Below are positions 37,737 through 49,239 of a DNA stretch of 64,000 nt, in pieces. A program made the position numbers and the translations under genes. Location of the stretch: positions 124,001 through 188,000 of the forward strand of contig JAVKOQ020000079.1 of assembly GCA_031835245.2 (NCBI GenBank), written 5' to 3'. This DNA comes from Balamuthia mandrillaris. Taxonomy: Eukaryota. The notes beneath the pieces are model-generated. The model did not search any database. It had not been told where the DNA came from and worked only from the letters and a program-made list of their open reading frames with translations. Each line of letters opens with the position of its first letter. Position 1 is the stretch's first letter.

Positions 37737-40191
37737 ATGCAGGGTCTTGGTACGGCGGCAACCGGGGGCGCTGCCCCACGCATGCAAGTGGAGCTCTCTC
37801 TTGCTTGCAGGTAGGGTTTTCGTTATTTTTTTAAAAAACAAAAAGGACAATCGTTCGTTTGTGGTTTGATGAAACCAATAAATACAGAAAACTGCGCAAG
37901 ATGGACCTTTTGTCCCAGTCGGATCCGATGATCCTGGTGCAAAAGTTTGAGAGCGGTCGCTGGGTCGAAGTCGGCAAAACCGAACATCTTCAGTAACGCT
38001 TTTTCTCCTATTTTTGTTACGCTTTTTCTTCTTTTCTTTTCTTTTCTTTTCTTTTCTTTTCTTTTCTTTTCTTTTCTTTTCTTTTTTCTTTCTTTTCTTT
38101 TCTTTTCTTTTTCTTTTTCTTTTTCTTTTTCTTTTTCTTTTTCTTTTTCTTTTTGGTTTGGTTCTCAACGACCGCACAAACAGCAACCAAAAGGATCCCG
38201 TTTTTCAGACAAAGTTCGTGTTGGACTATTACTTTGAGCGGGTCCAGAAGCTCCGCTTCATGGTCTACGACGTCGACGATAAGAAAAGGGTGGAGCTTGA
38301 ACGCCAAGACTTTATTGGTGAAGCTATATCCTTTTCTTCTTGTCATTCTTGTTCTTCTTTCTTCTGTCTTTTCTATGTTTCTTTGTTAGTTCCTTGACAG
38401 CAAAGCACGAATGCACTTTGGGCGACGTCATCGGTGCCACTGGCCAGCGTCATTCCATTCCTCTCCAGTATGTGGTTTCCTCTCATTGTATCTTCTCTTG
38501 TTCTCTCGGCTCTGTCTTCTCTGCTTCTGGCTGTTCTCTATCTTCTCTCTTCTCACAACGTTTCTAAAAAACCATCCGCAAACGCAACACCACAGAAATG
38601 TGAATGTCAAAAGCAAGAAGAAAGCCGGTTGGCTGATCGTCTCCGGCGAACAACGCAGCAGTGCCGCCTCTCGCTTCACTGTCCGCCTCCACTTTCGCGG
38701 CTCCAAGCTCGACAAGAAGGACGTATTTGGCAAGTCTGACCCTTACTTGGAGATCTACAAGGCCAATCAACAGCAGGGCAATGAGACCTTTACCCTGGTA
38801 CACAAGACAGAGACCATAAAGAAGACGTTGGACCCTGTTTGGGCTCCGTTTGAAATCAGCTCCACCACCTTGTGCGGAGATGACTGGAACAGGCCCTTGT
38901 TGCTCAAGGTTTATGACTGGGATAAGACCGGCAGCAACGACCTTATTGGCATTTGCAGAGTACATTTTTCTTTTTTGTTCTCTCTCTTTGGTGCTTCTTT
39001 CTTGTCGTTTCTTTCTTGTCCTCTCTTTCATTATCTCTGTCTCTCTCTTTCGGCATTCTTGTTTATGGAAGGAAAAGAAACGCTGACAATCCTAATTCTA
39101 TAAAAAATAGACCACCTTGGCAGAGATGGAGAGAGGAAAGGATATGTTTGAGCTCATTGAGCCTGAACTCAAGAAAAAGAAGAAGAAATACACCAACTCT
39201 GGCTTCCTTCACGTTGTTTCCTGCACTACCAAGAGACATTTCAAGTTCGCATCTCTGTTTCCTTTTTTTTTTTTTGTTTGATTCTTCATCTCGTTGTCCA
39301 TTCTTGTGTCTGTATTCTTTCTTTCTTCTTGTTGCTAACTTTCAAACATAAAGCTTTTTAGACTATGTTGCCGGAGGTTGCGAAATCAGTTTAGCCATTG
39401 CCATCGACTTTACGGCGTCGAACGGTAAGCCCGATGACCCAAAGTCTCTCCACTACAAGAATCCCTCTGGCGAACCCAACCAGTATGTCAAAGCCATTCT
39501 CAGCGTTGGCGACATCATTGCCGCCTACGACCACGATAAGAAGTTTCCTGTAAGTACTTTTATTCTTTGCTTTATTCTTTTCTTTCTTAACACTCTTTTA
39601 AACAGGTGTACGGCTTTGGAGCCAAAATTCCTCCCACCAGTACCGTCAGTCATTGCTTCCACGTGAACTTTGATCCCTCTAACGTACGTATCTTACCTTT
39701 CCTTTTTTTTTCAGGTATATTTCTTAACGATGTTTCGTCCTTCTCTTCTCTCTTCTTCCTCTCTCTCCCTCCCACCCACCCACCCCCACCCACCCACACC
39801 CACCACCACCACACCCACCCTATCCCTATCCTATCCTATCCTATCCCATCCCTATCCTATCCCTCCCTTTCCAGCCAGAATGCGTTGGCATTGACAACGT
39901 AGTTGGAGCTTATTACCATGCCCTCCAGAACGTAACTCTTTATGGCCCAACGAACTTTGCACCTGTACGTTTTAAGCACATCTCGTCACTTTATACCTTT
40001 TCACTTAACATGTTCTCTCTGGCAATAGATCATCAATAAAGTGGCGTCCATGGCAGCCGATTCTAGGTCTCACGGACAAAAGTACTGGGTTCTCCTTATC
40101 ATTACTGACGGTATCATTTCCGACATGGAGGATACCATCAAAGAAATCGTCGATGCTTCTTCGTTGCCTCTTTCCATTGGTACCCCCCTCC

Positions 40192-40231
<40 letters not shown>

Positions 40232-41397
40232 TTATTTGTGGCTCTCTTTCTAACTTATGGCTGAATGTTTCTTGCTTCACGGTTTCAAAGTGATTGTGGG
40301 AGTTGGAAACGAAGACTTTAGAAACATGGACCACTTGGACTCTGACGATCATCTCTTAAGGAGCGGAAAGAGCAACAAGACAGCCCAAAGAGACATTGTA
40401 CAGTTCGTGCCATTCCTCAAGTTTGTAAACAGACATTACTCCGAACTCGCTGCTGAAGTCTTAGCTGGTTGGTTATGCTTTCTCCGCTTTCCTCTTTCTC
40501 TTGTCTCTCTCTCTCTCTTTTGATATCATATTCACAAAAACTTTGTTTTTGCTCAACACAGAAATCCCATCTCAGTTGGTGCAGTACATGGAGGCCAACA
40601 ACATCCAACCTCAACCAAAGCCACAAATGCCGATGACCCAAATGATCCCTCCCTCCACTGGCGCTCCTTACTTCAGTCAAGCTGGTCCTAGCGGTCCTCC
40701 TATGAGCCACTATCCTCCTTCCCAACAAGGAGGTTATCCTCAACAAGGAGGTTACTATCCTCCTCAACAACAAGGTGGTTATCCTCCGTCTTCTCAATAT
40801 CCTCCTCAACAAGGAGGTTATCCGCCTCAACAAGGGGGCTATCCTCCTCCGTCTTCTCAATATCCTCCTCAACAAGGAGGTTACCCTCCTCAACAACAAG
40901 GTGGTTATCCTCAGCAACAACAACAAGGTGGTGCTCCGCCAACACAACAAGCCCCTCCTTCCACCCAACAACAGCAAGGCAGCAGTGTAGCTAAAGATGG
41001 AGGCCAACAACAAGGTGGTGCAGCTCCTTCATCCACTCAACAAGCTCCTCCTTCCACTCAACAACAAGGTGGTTATCCTCAGCAAGGCGGTTACTATCCT
41101 CCTCAACAACAGGGTGGCTACTATCCCCCTCAACAACAAGGTGGTTATCCTCAGCAAGGTGGTTACTATCCTCCGCAACAAGGAGGTTACTATCCTCCCC
41201 AGCAAGGCGGTTACTATCCTCCTCAACAAGGCGGTTACTATCCCCCTCCCCAACAAGGCGGATATCCCCCCCAACAAGGCGGTTATCCTCCTCAGCAGGG
41301 CGGATATCCCCCTCAGCAGGGCGGATATCCTCCTCAGCAAGGAGGTTATCCTCAGCAACAGCAGCAGCAGCAAAAGCCAGCGGAAGGAGGAAAGTAA
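37737..41397 (+). CDS. Copine (C2A-C2B-vWA) with a long GYPPQQ low-complexity tail
   Basis: [78 protein letters not shown]. Confidence 0.93.
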
Positions 41398-41555
41398 AGT
41401 GAATGCACTGAAATGAATAAATAAGGAGTATTCTTGTACTGCACATTCTAGCAAGGCACAAAGGGACATGCTCACTAAAAACAACAAAAAAACACTAAAT
41501 ACAAAGAAGTGAAACCACTTCTGGTATGAGAGGAGAGAAAACGCTGGCTTGTGTC

Positions 41556-41602
41556 TCACACTATTTTTGTTGTTTGTAAAGAAGAAAGTTAGAGGGAGAT
41601 AT

Positions 41603-41638
<36 letters not shown>

Positions 41639-43304
41639 GAACCATCTTCTTTTTCGCAGGTAGTGAAGAGGAGACCACTGCCATTATAAGATCGAACAGG
41701 AAGAAGCCAGTGCAGCGGCGATCCAGCGCCAAACACCATCCTCAAATTATTCATAAATCCTTGGTCGTAGTACCAACGGAAACTCTGCATATTTTTTGTT
41801 TCAGAATGAATTTGGGGAATGGATAAACGGAGTCTGATAACACGAAAATGACAAACCTCTCCTTTCCGTTTGGCTCTCTTTTTCATCACCCTCAACTCGT
41901 ATTCTTCAATGGTAGTAGTGTTGGACACCACCAAAGAGATCTGATAGCACAGCAGGCAGAAGATGCTGAGCACTATTGGAATGCAGAGAATGAAGTTGCA
42001 GATGGTCACGATGACTTGAGCGGCTGAGATGGGCATGTCTTGGGAAGCTAGTGCCTCTTCTCCTTCCTCTGCGCCTGTTGTCATCTCATCCATTTCGAGC
42101 GGACTATGTCTGTGTCTCTGTTAAAATAAATAAATAATAAATAGAGACGATTAGTAAAAAAGACCAGCAGAAAACAGAAAGTGACCACAACGAAAGAGAA
42201 AGAAACCTTGTTGCGTTGTGAGATGGAAGACATAGATGAAAGCAGAGAGAAGAGACGAGAGCCAAAGAGGAGGAGAGAATACGACATGGCCAACGTTGCA
42301 AAGATGAGGAAGTTGAAAAAGTATTTGTGGTTGTAATGGCCGACGCAGTTACCCACCCCTTTTTTTGTTTGAAATAAAGAAGAAAAGAAATGTGAGAAAG
42401 TGAAAGGAACATGAATGAAAATAAAATAAAATAAGGAATACATACATGGACCTATTCATCATGGTGAAACCAGCATTCATTCATTGAAGAGAACAGAAAA
42501 CAGAAAAAAGAACAAAAAAATACAGAAGGTAAAGAGCAAGAGAAGGCACACATACACACAAATGGAAGTTAAAATCAGGTTGGTGGCCACAAGAAGCACT
42601 GGTCTCGGTCAAGTGGAGAATAAATACGTACAGTGATGGTCCTACAAAAACAATAAAAACGAAACGATGAGAAAAACGAGAAAAGATGAAAAGGCAAAAA
42701 AAAAAAGTGTAACGACGAACGAGAGAAGCGGAGAAGCAGGGCAGAGAGCGAGAGAACGAGAGAAGGAAAGAGAGAAGCAGAGAAGCAGGGCAGAGAACGA
42801 GGGAACGAGAGAAGAAAAGAGAGAAGTACCATCTTGAGGGTACAAGCTTTACAGTCGCTGCAATGGTGGGAGCGAGGCGGTTTGAACTCCTCGCATTTGG
42901 TGCACCACCGCACGGCGTTCTTTCCCCAAACGCGTCTCCTGGGCCGCTGCTGCTTTCGCACCTGCTCCTCGTACTCTATCGCGTTCTGCATCTCTTCCTC
43001 TGTGGCATAGGCTGGCACCTATTTTATTGTTATTATTTTTTTTGAACGATTAATTTTTTTTTTCAAAAAAAAAAAAAAAAGAGGGGTGGCAGCTGCTAAC
43101 CCAGCCATGAGGAACTCTTCCGGGCGAAGTCAAATGGGTTTTCATGTAGTGCGTCAGCATCAACCCCAGCAAGCTGTGGCCGAGGGCCATGTTGCAGAGC
43201 CCCCACGAGGTGGTCCACCACTCCCAAGGGATGAATACCGTGTACCACGCCGAGCCATAGATAAACGCTATGAGCAAGAGAACTCCTATCACGAACCCGT
43301 CCAT
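41556..43304 (-). CDS. DHHC protein S-acyltransferase (palmitoyltransferase)
   Basis: CTKCEEFKPPRSHHCSDCKACTLKM|DHH|CP|WVGNCVGHYNHKYF, NTTTIE, YDQGFMNNL and four TM segments. Confidence 0.93.
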
Positions 43305-43385
43305 CCCTCTTTTCTCTCTCTCTCTCCTCTCCTCTCCTCTCTGCTATTTCTTTCTTTGTTTCACTTTTCTTTTTTTTTGCTTTTG

Positions 43386-43460
43386 TGATTGCTGACGTCA
43401 TCGATTAACGAATCTGACGTCAACTTTTCCTTTTCTAAAAAATAATGACATCAGCAATCA
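43386..43460. promoter_or_regulatory. Clustered CRE-like (TGACGTCA) sites within a 16-bp inverted repeat upstream of the DHHC gene
   Basis: TGACGTCA at 43393 and 43415, TGACATCA at 43446. tgattgctgacgtcat (43386-43401) and atgacatcagcaatca (43445-43460) are inverted with one mismatch. Confidence 0.55.
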
Positions 43461-43523
43461 GATTTTAAAATAGGTGAACTGAACATCATAGGGTGAATTG
43501 ATAAGTGGTAATGGCTCGTAGGA

Positions 43524-44343
43524 TCAATGGCAAGGGCGTTGCTTCTTGATGAAGAAAGAATGAAACCGGTGAACAAAGTCCTGCTGGTCCTTCTGAGGAA
43601 GGGCGTCCCCGCGAACCTTTCTTATCCGCTTGATGGCCTCCTCGGCGGTGTCTCCCAATCCTACAATACAACAGCCACAAACTACCATCCCTGTTCTTGC
43701 TAGCCCTCCTCTGCCTTGTTGTTAGTTCAATTATACAAAAGAAGAAACAAAAGGATGAAAGAAGAAGAACAAGGACAAGAACAATATAACCATGATTAAG
43801 AGAAAGTGCAATACATAGAAGTAACGCATAGAAAATACACTAAAGAAATAGGGAGCTCATACCGGCAATGTACAATAACCGTTTTGTGTTGTTCTCGCCA
43901 AAGGTCGACAATCCGTCGCACCAACGCAAGCAGTTGAGGATAGTCTTTCTCTTTTGGTATTGTTCCTAATTCTGGTGTGTCGTTTTGTTGCAAACCAAAC
44001 AAAAACAAAGTGAGCAACAATGACAACGAAGCAGCATGCAGACAACATAGTTGGTTTTTCTTACGAATAGGATAATGGATGGACTCTATCCTTCTCGGTT
44101 TCACTTTGCGAAGCAGCTTTGGGATGGCCAGCTCCTCGCATTCCTCTTGTGGCAACAGCGTTACCAACACGTCCACGTCATAAGTGCCAAGCTGAAAGAA
44201 CGTCATGCACAGAAACTTAACACAAACAAACAAACAAACAAACAAACAAACAAACAAACAAACAAACAAACAAACAAACAAACAAACAAACAAACAAACA
44301 AACAAACAAACAAACAAACAAACAAACAAACAAACAAACAAAC

Positions 44344-44424
<81 letters not shown>

Positions 44425-44687
44425 GCATAAGAAGTACCAGAACGTTCAAATCTTTGTCCAGGTCTCTCTTCCAAGGTCCATAGAGAGCTCTTTGTTGGTG
44501 CTTCCCTGGAGCAAAGCTCATTCCTTCATTTGTAAAGACAGAAAAGTGTAACCCATTTGTTTTTCAAAAAAAAAAAAAACACACTACTTTACGGACCTAC
44601 TCGACCTTGCTCTGCATCATCCACGGGTACAAAGTCAACCACCAAGGCATGGCTATCCGACGTTCTTTGCACGTTTCTGCCGAACAT
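43524..44687 (-). CDS. CDKN3-like / dual-specificity (CX5R) protein phosphatase
   Basis: RTSDSHALVVDFVP..GRVG|MSFAPGK..WKRDLDKDL; VIVHC|RGGLARTG active site; AIKRIRKVRGDAL..QQDFV. Confidence 0.85.
44222..44422 (-). repeat. Intronic compound (AAAC)n + (GAAAAC)n microsatellite
   Basis: Direct reading of the sequence. Confidence 0.95.
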
Positions 44688-45132
44688 TCGCGTTTCGTTT
44701 GGGTCGACGGTCGCTCCTTGCTCGCGTCACCTCGTCGCCATAAATCAAGTCGACCGAAATTTATTAATGGCGGAGGAGGGTCGCTTGGCAAAACTCCTCC
44801 TGGGAAGTTGCTCTTGTTTAAACCAATAACCCAATGAACAAGTTTTTCATGGAGAAATATGGCACACATCACAACCGGAATGACCAGCTAATAACAGTAT
44901 TAAGATTCTCCACTCCACTCCATTTCTTAGCGGAATATCCCGAAGAACTAAAGGAGAGACATCAACAGTAGCACTCCACCCAAAATAAGGAACGGGGCAC
45001 CAACTATAAAAATAAGACAAGACCTCATCATTCACCAAGCAAACATCAACAACAACAAAATAGCAATAAGCAAGGAGCATACACTTAGAATACGTCAAGA
45101 CCAACAATCCACAAACCTGGTTGGCAACAAGA

Positions 45133-45927
45133 ATGAAGACTGCACTGATACTTTCCCTGGTGATGGCCTTCTTGGCGGCGAGCACGTTGGCTGGACGAGG
45201 GGATGTGACCTATGGGGGAGGCGATGTCCGCTACGATGGCGATGTGGTGACCTATGATGGTGGCGATGTGCGTTACGATGGTGGCAACGTGGTGAGCTAT
45301 GATGGTGGTGACGTTCGCTATGATGGCGGTGACATCAGGTACGATGGCGGAGATATTCGTTACGATGGCGGTAATGTGGTCTATGATGGTGGCGATGTCC
45401 GTTATGATGGCGGCGACATTCGCTATGATGGTAATGTGGTGACTTACGATGGAGGTGATGTCCGTTACGACGGCGGAGACGTTCGTTACAATGGTGGTGA
45501 CATTCGTTACGATGGCTACGATGGTGGTAATGTGATGTACGATGGAGGAGACATCCGCTACGATGGCGGTGACATCAGGTACGATGGCGGTGATATTCGC
45601 TATGATGGCAACGTGGTAACGTATGATGGAGGTGATGTCCGCTAGGATGGGGGTGACGTCCGTTATGATGGCGGCGATGTGCGTTATGACGGAGGAAACG
45701 TTGTTTACGATGGCGGTGACGTTCGCTACGATGGTGGCAACGTGGTCTACGACGGAGGGGATGTGGACTACGATGGATACTACGATGGAGGCAACGTGGT
45801 CTACGATGGCGGAAACGTGGGGTACGATGGAGACGTCTACGATGGAGGAAATGTGGTGGCCTACAATTCCAACAGCGGCGATAAGGATGCCTCTAGCGCT
45901 GCTTCCCTGGCCGCTTTCTGGTTCTGA
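45133..45927 (+). CDS. Secreted Tyr/Gly/Asp-rich YDGG-repeat protein with an internal in-frame TAG at 45643-45645
   Basis: Signal peptide MKTALILSLVMAFLAASTLAG, then about 30 YDG(G)(D/N)(V/I)(R/V) units with diverse synonymous codons. ORFs 45121-45645 and 45679-45927 are in the same frame. Confidence 0.85.
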
Positions 45928-46059
45928 TCAAAGCCAGCTACCGTGCTGCGCAGCCCTTTCTTGTAGATAGTGACCTTTTTGTTTTTTTGCATATGTTTGT
46001 TTATCACCTGGTCATTTCTGTTGTTCTTCGTGAGTAGTGGAGCAGTACTCCTTGGAAGA

Positions 46060-46099
<40 letters not shown>

Positions 46100-46122
46100 C
46101 AAATAGAACGAGAGAGAGAGAA

Positions 46123-46155
<33 letters not shown>

Positions 46156-46645
46156 CAGGGACAGAGACAGGGACAGAGAGAGACAGACAGAAAGAGAGAG
46201 AGAAGATCGTTGTTTCTTCTTTCAGTTCTGCTACTTGTTTGTTTACTGCAACACTTGTTCACAAATCGAGAACGTTCCTCAGCACCAAAAAAAAAAATAA
46301 AACAGGAAACGTGCGGGAACCGAGAGTCGAAACCGGGGCTGATAATTTCGGCAAATTGAAAGCGGTGCAACCGCCGAGAGTCGAACCGGGAACAGAACTA
46401 TAAGCGGCAGCAACACCGACGAACAGAGCCCCAAATAAAATAAAAAAAAAAAAGGGAACCAAGAAGAGGAAGAGACGCAACACCTTAGAGGAAGAAGGAT
46501 CGTAAGAAAAACGAAAAGACGACGACAACGATCTTGCTTGCTTTTTTTTTTTCTTTTTGTAAGATTGAAAAACGCCGAGCAGAGACATAACAATATTCTT
46601 TTTATTTAAAAAAATTGAGCGGCTGAAGAACAGCAAAGCAGAGGA

Positions 46646-47378
46646 ATGAGCAAGGGAGCAACCCCTGCGAAAAAGCTTTTTGACTACATCGTTTTGGTCT
46701 GCTTGGAACAGAAAGGTTCCTGTTTTTATTTATTTATTTTTTTGTTTACCATCGAAAAATATACACATTTATTTATCGTTAGTTTTATTTTCAAAAACAA
46801 AAAAAGATGGTCCAACAGGAGCGGTTACACCGGTTGTTCGGTGGCGCTTCCCGGCGGCACCTTCTGGCCAAAGCAAAAACGCCAAGGACCCTTTCATAGA
46901 GAACATTACAAAGTTTTGCTTTCCAGACATCTCTTCCTACCCCAAAGCCAAAATCAAAAAGTAACTTTTCTGATCGCTTTTTCTTTTCTCATTCTTTTTT
47001 CTTTTCTGTTTTCATTCTTTTTCTTTTTCTTTTTTTCTTTTTTTCTTTTTCTTTTTCTTTTTCTTTTTCTTTTTCTTTTTCTTTTTCTTTTTCTTTTTTC
47101 TTTTTCTTTTTCTTTTTTCTTTTTTCTTTTTTCTTTTTTCTTTTTCTTTTCATAATTTTTCTCTTATTTTTAAACGTTTCGTATGCTAATTCTCTTTTGC
47201 TGAACACCAAAAAGAACGTTGGAAAACTTTTCATTTGTATTAACGGAGAGTGACGGAGAAAAGAGATGGGGCTATTGCAGAAGAGTATTGGAGCCGGGCG
47301 ATGGCATACGCTTTCCTCAATGCTTTTGTGTTCTTAGTTTCTTGTAAGTATCATTCCTTTTGTTGTTCGGAGAGTGTT

Positions 47379-47414
<36 letters not shown>

Positions 47415-47959
47415 AGAGAGAGAGAAGAAGAAGAAGAAGCCAAAGAGAACCGATAGAGTAGAAGAGAAGAGCGTGATTGAATAGATATGAGAACAGAATA
47501 GGATTGAGATATAACAAAAAGAACAGAGAAAATACAAAACGGGAGAACAGAACCAAAGACACAACCTAATACTCTTTATCTCTTTTTCAAACCGTTTGCA
47601 TTCCTTAGTCCCTGCTTCGCTATATTTTCAGAGATATTAGACGAGATGCAAAAACGTGGCAGCAATATGGTCAATCTCGACTCTTGCAGCATATTCCTGA
47701 ACGCTATTTATCAGCAGCCAGTGCCTGCTCCTGGTGGCACCATTCATGTCTCCACTGCCTCACTTGCTGTTCCTGGCAAACGCGACGAGTTCACATTCAC
47801 TCGTCCTAATGACAGTGAATCTCTTTTTGCACATGCACGTTATTTTGTTTTTATTTCTTTTCTCATCCCTTTCTTATTCCATTCTGTTCCCCTCTTTATC
47901 TTTTTTTCTACAATTTCTCGTTTTGACTGCTCCGATTCTTTTTTCTTTCTTTTCTTTTC

Positions 47960-47996
<37 letters not shown>

Positions 47997-49205
47997 TACA
48001 AAATGCTCTATCTTCCACTTCGCTTACATTCTTGCTATCATTACGAACAAAAGGTCAACTTTGAGCCACTATTAAATCACTTAGATCCACAAACAATCCT
48101 CCACACATTCGCTGCCTTACTCGTCGAACGCCGCATCATCTTCATCGCCGACACCCTAGGCAGCCTCTCCGCCTGCGTGCAGGCTATTGTGGCTCTGCTC
48201 TATCCATTCACATGGCAGCACATCTTCATTCCAGTGCTGCCTCAAAGCTTGTTGACCTTTTGTTGTGCGCCGATGCCTTTTGTTGTCGGCGTTCTTCGCA
48301 GCTGTCAACCGGAATTGGAGAAGTTGAGCGGAGCGATGGATGAAGTCATCTACGTTGATTTGGACAACAACAAATTCATTTCCTCTTTTTCAGAGGATTG
48401 GAAGCTGCTTCCCAGTTCTTGCAGAGAGCCATTGTTGGAAGCTCTTTCAGTGGCTTGCAAACATGTGAAAACGCAACGTTCTCTTCGTTCTCGTCTGCTT
48501 TTTGGAGGAAAGAAAGGAAGTGATGCTGCATCTACTTCTTCTCCTTCTCTATCATCTTCGCCAGCTCCTTCAACCTCTCCTCAACTCTCGGCTTTCTCCA
48601 CCTCTTCTTCAGCTTTGAACCCTCCAAAAAGAGGCAGCAAAATAAAACTGAGAAGAGCGGCAAAGAGGAGCGATGCCTCTTTGTTCAATGTGCAAGACTT
48701 GGCGAATGCTTTCATCGCTTTTTTCGTGGATATGACACATGACTATAGACGCTTCATAAAGGAGGCACCTCCTACCGAGGACGGTATTGGCATGGATGCT
48801 CGACGTGGGGCCTCTGTTGTATTTGACAGCGAAGGATTTCTATGCATTCAAACCGCGGATCGTAAACAGGTTACCATCTTATTTTGTTTTTGTCATGTTC
48901 TCTTGTATCTTTTGTATGAAATCCTCACTTTTTTCCTCTCTTCAGTTTTTATCACAGTTTCTTCATTCTCAAATGTTTGAGATGTTTGTTCAAGAACGTG
49001 CTCGTCTGAAACTGAACAGCGGCGAATTCGAGAAACGAGTTACAACGTATATGCAAAGCAACAGCAGTATTAATAACCATTTGCTCTCTTCCGCTTCTGG
49101 CGGTAATGCTGCCTGTGGAAGTGGTAATGGTCCTGGAGCTCATTCTCGTTTCACGATGTACGAACGAGGTGAAATCTCCAGAGAGGATATTACCAAAAGG
49201 TTTGC

Positions 49206-49239
<34 letters not shown>

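Noticed and set aside
45643..45645. Genome-wide TAG-to-Tyr reassignment
   Set aside because: The long conserved ORFs such as Brr2 have no in-frame TAG; a single instance is insufficient.
46340..46430. Functional tRNA gene
   Set aside because: The T-stem is mismatched and there is no room for D and anticodon arms.
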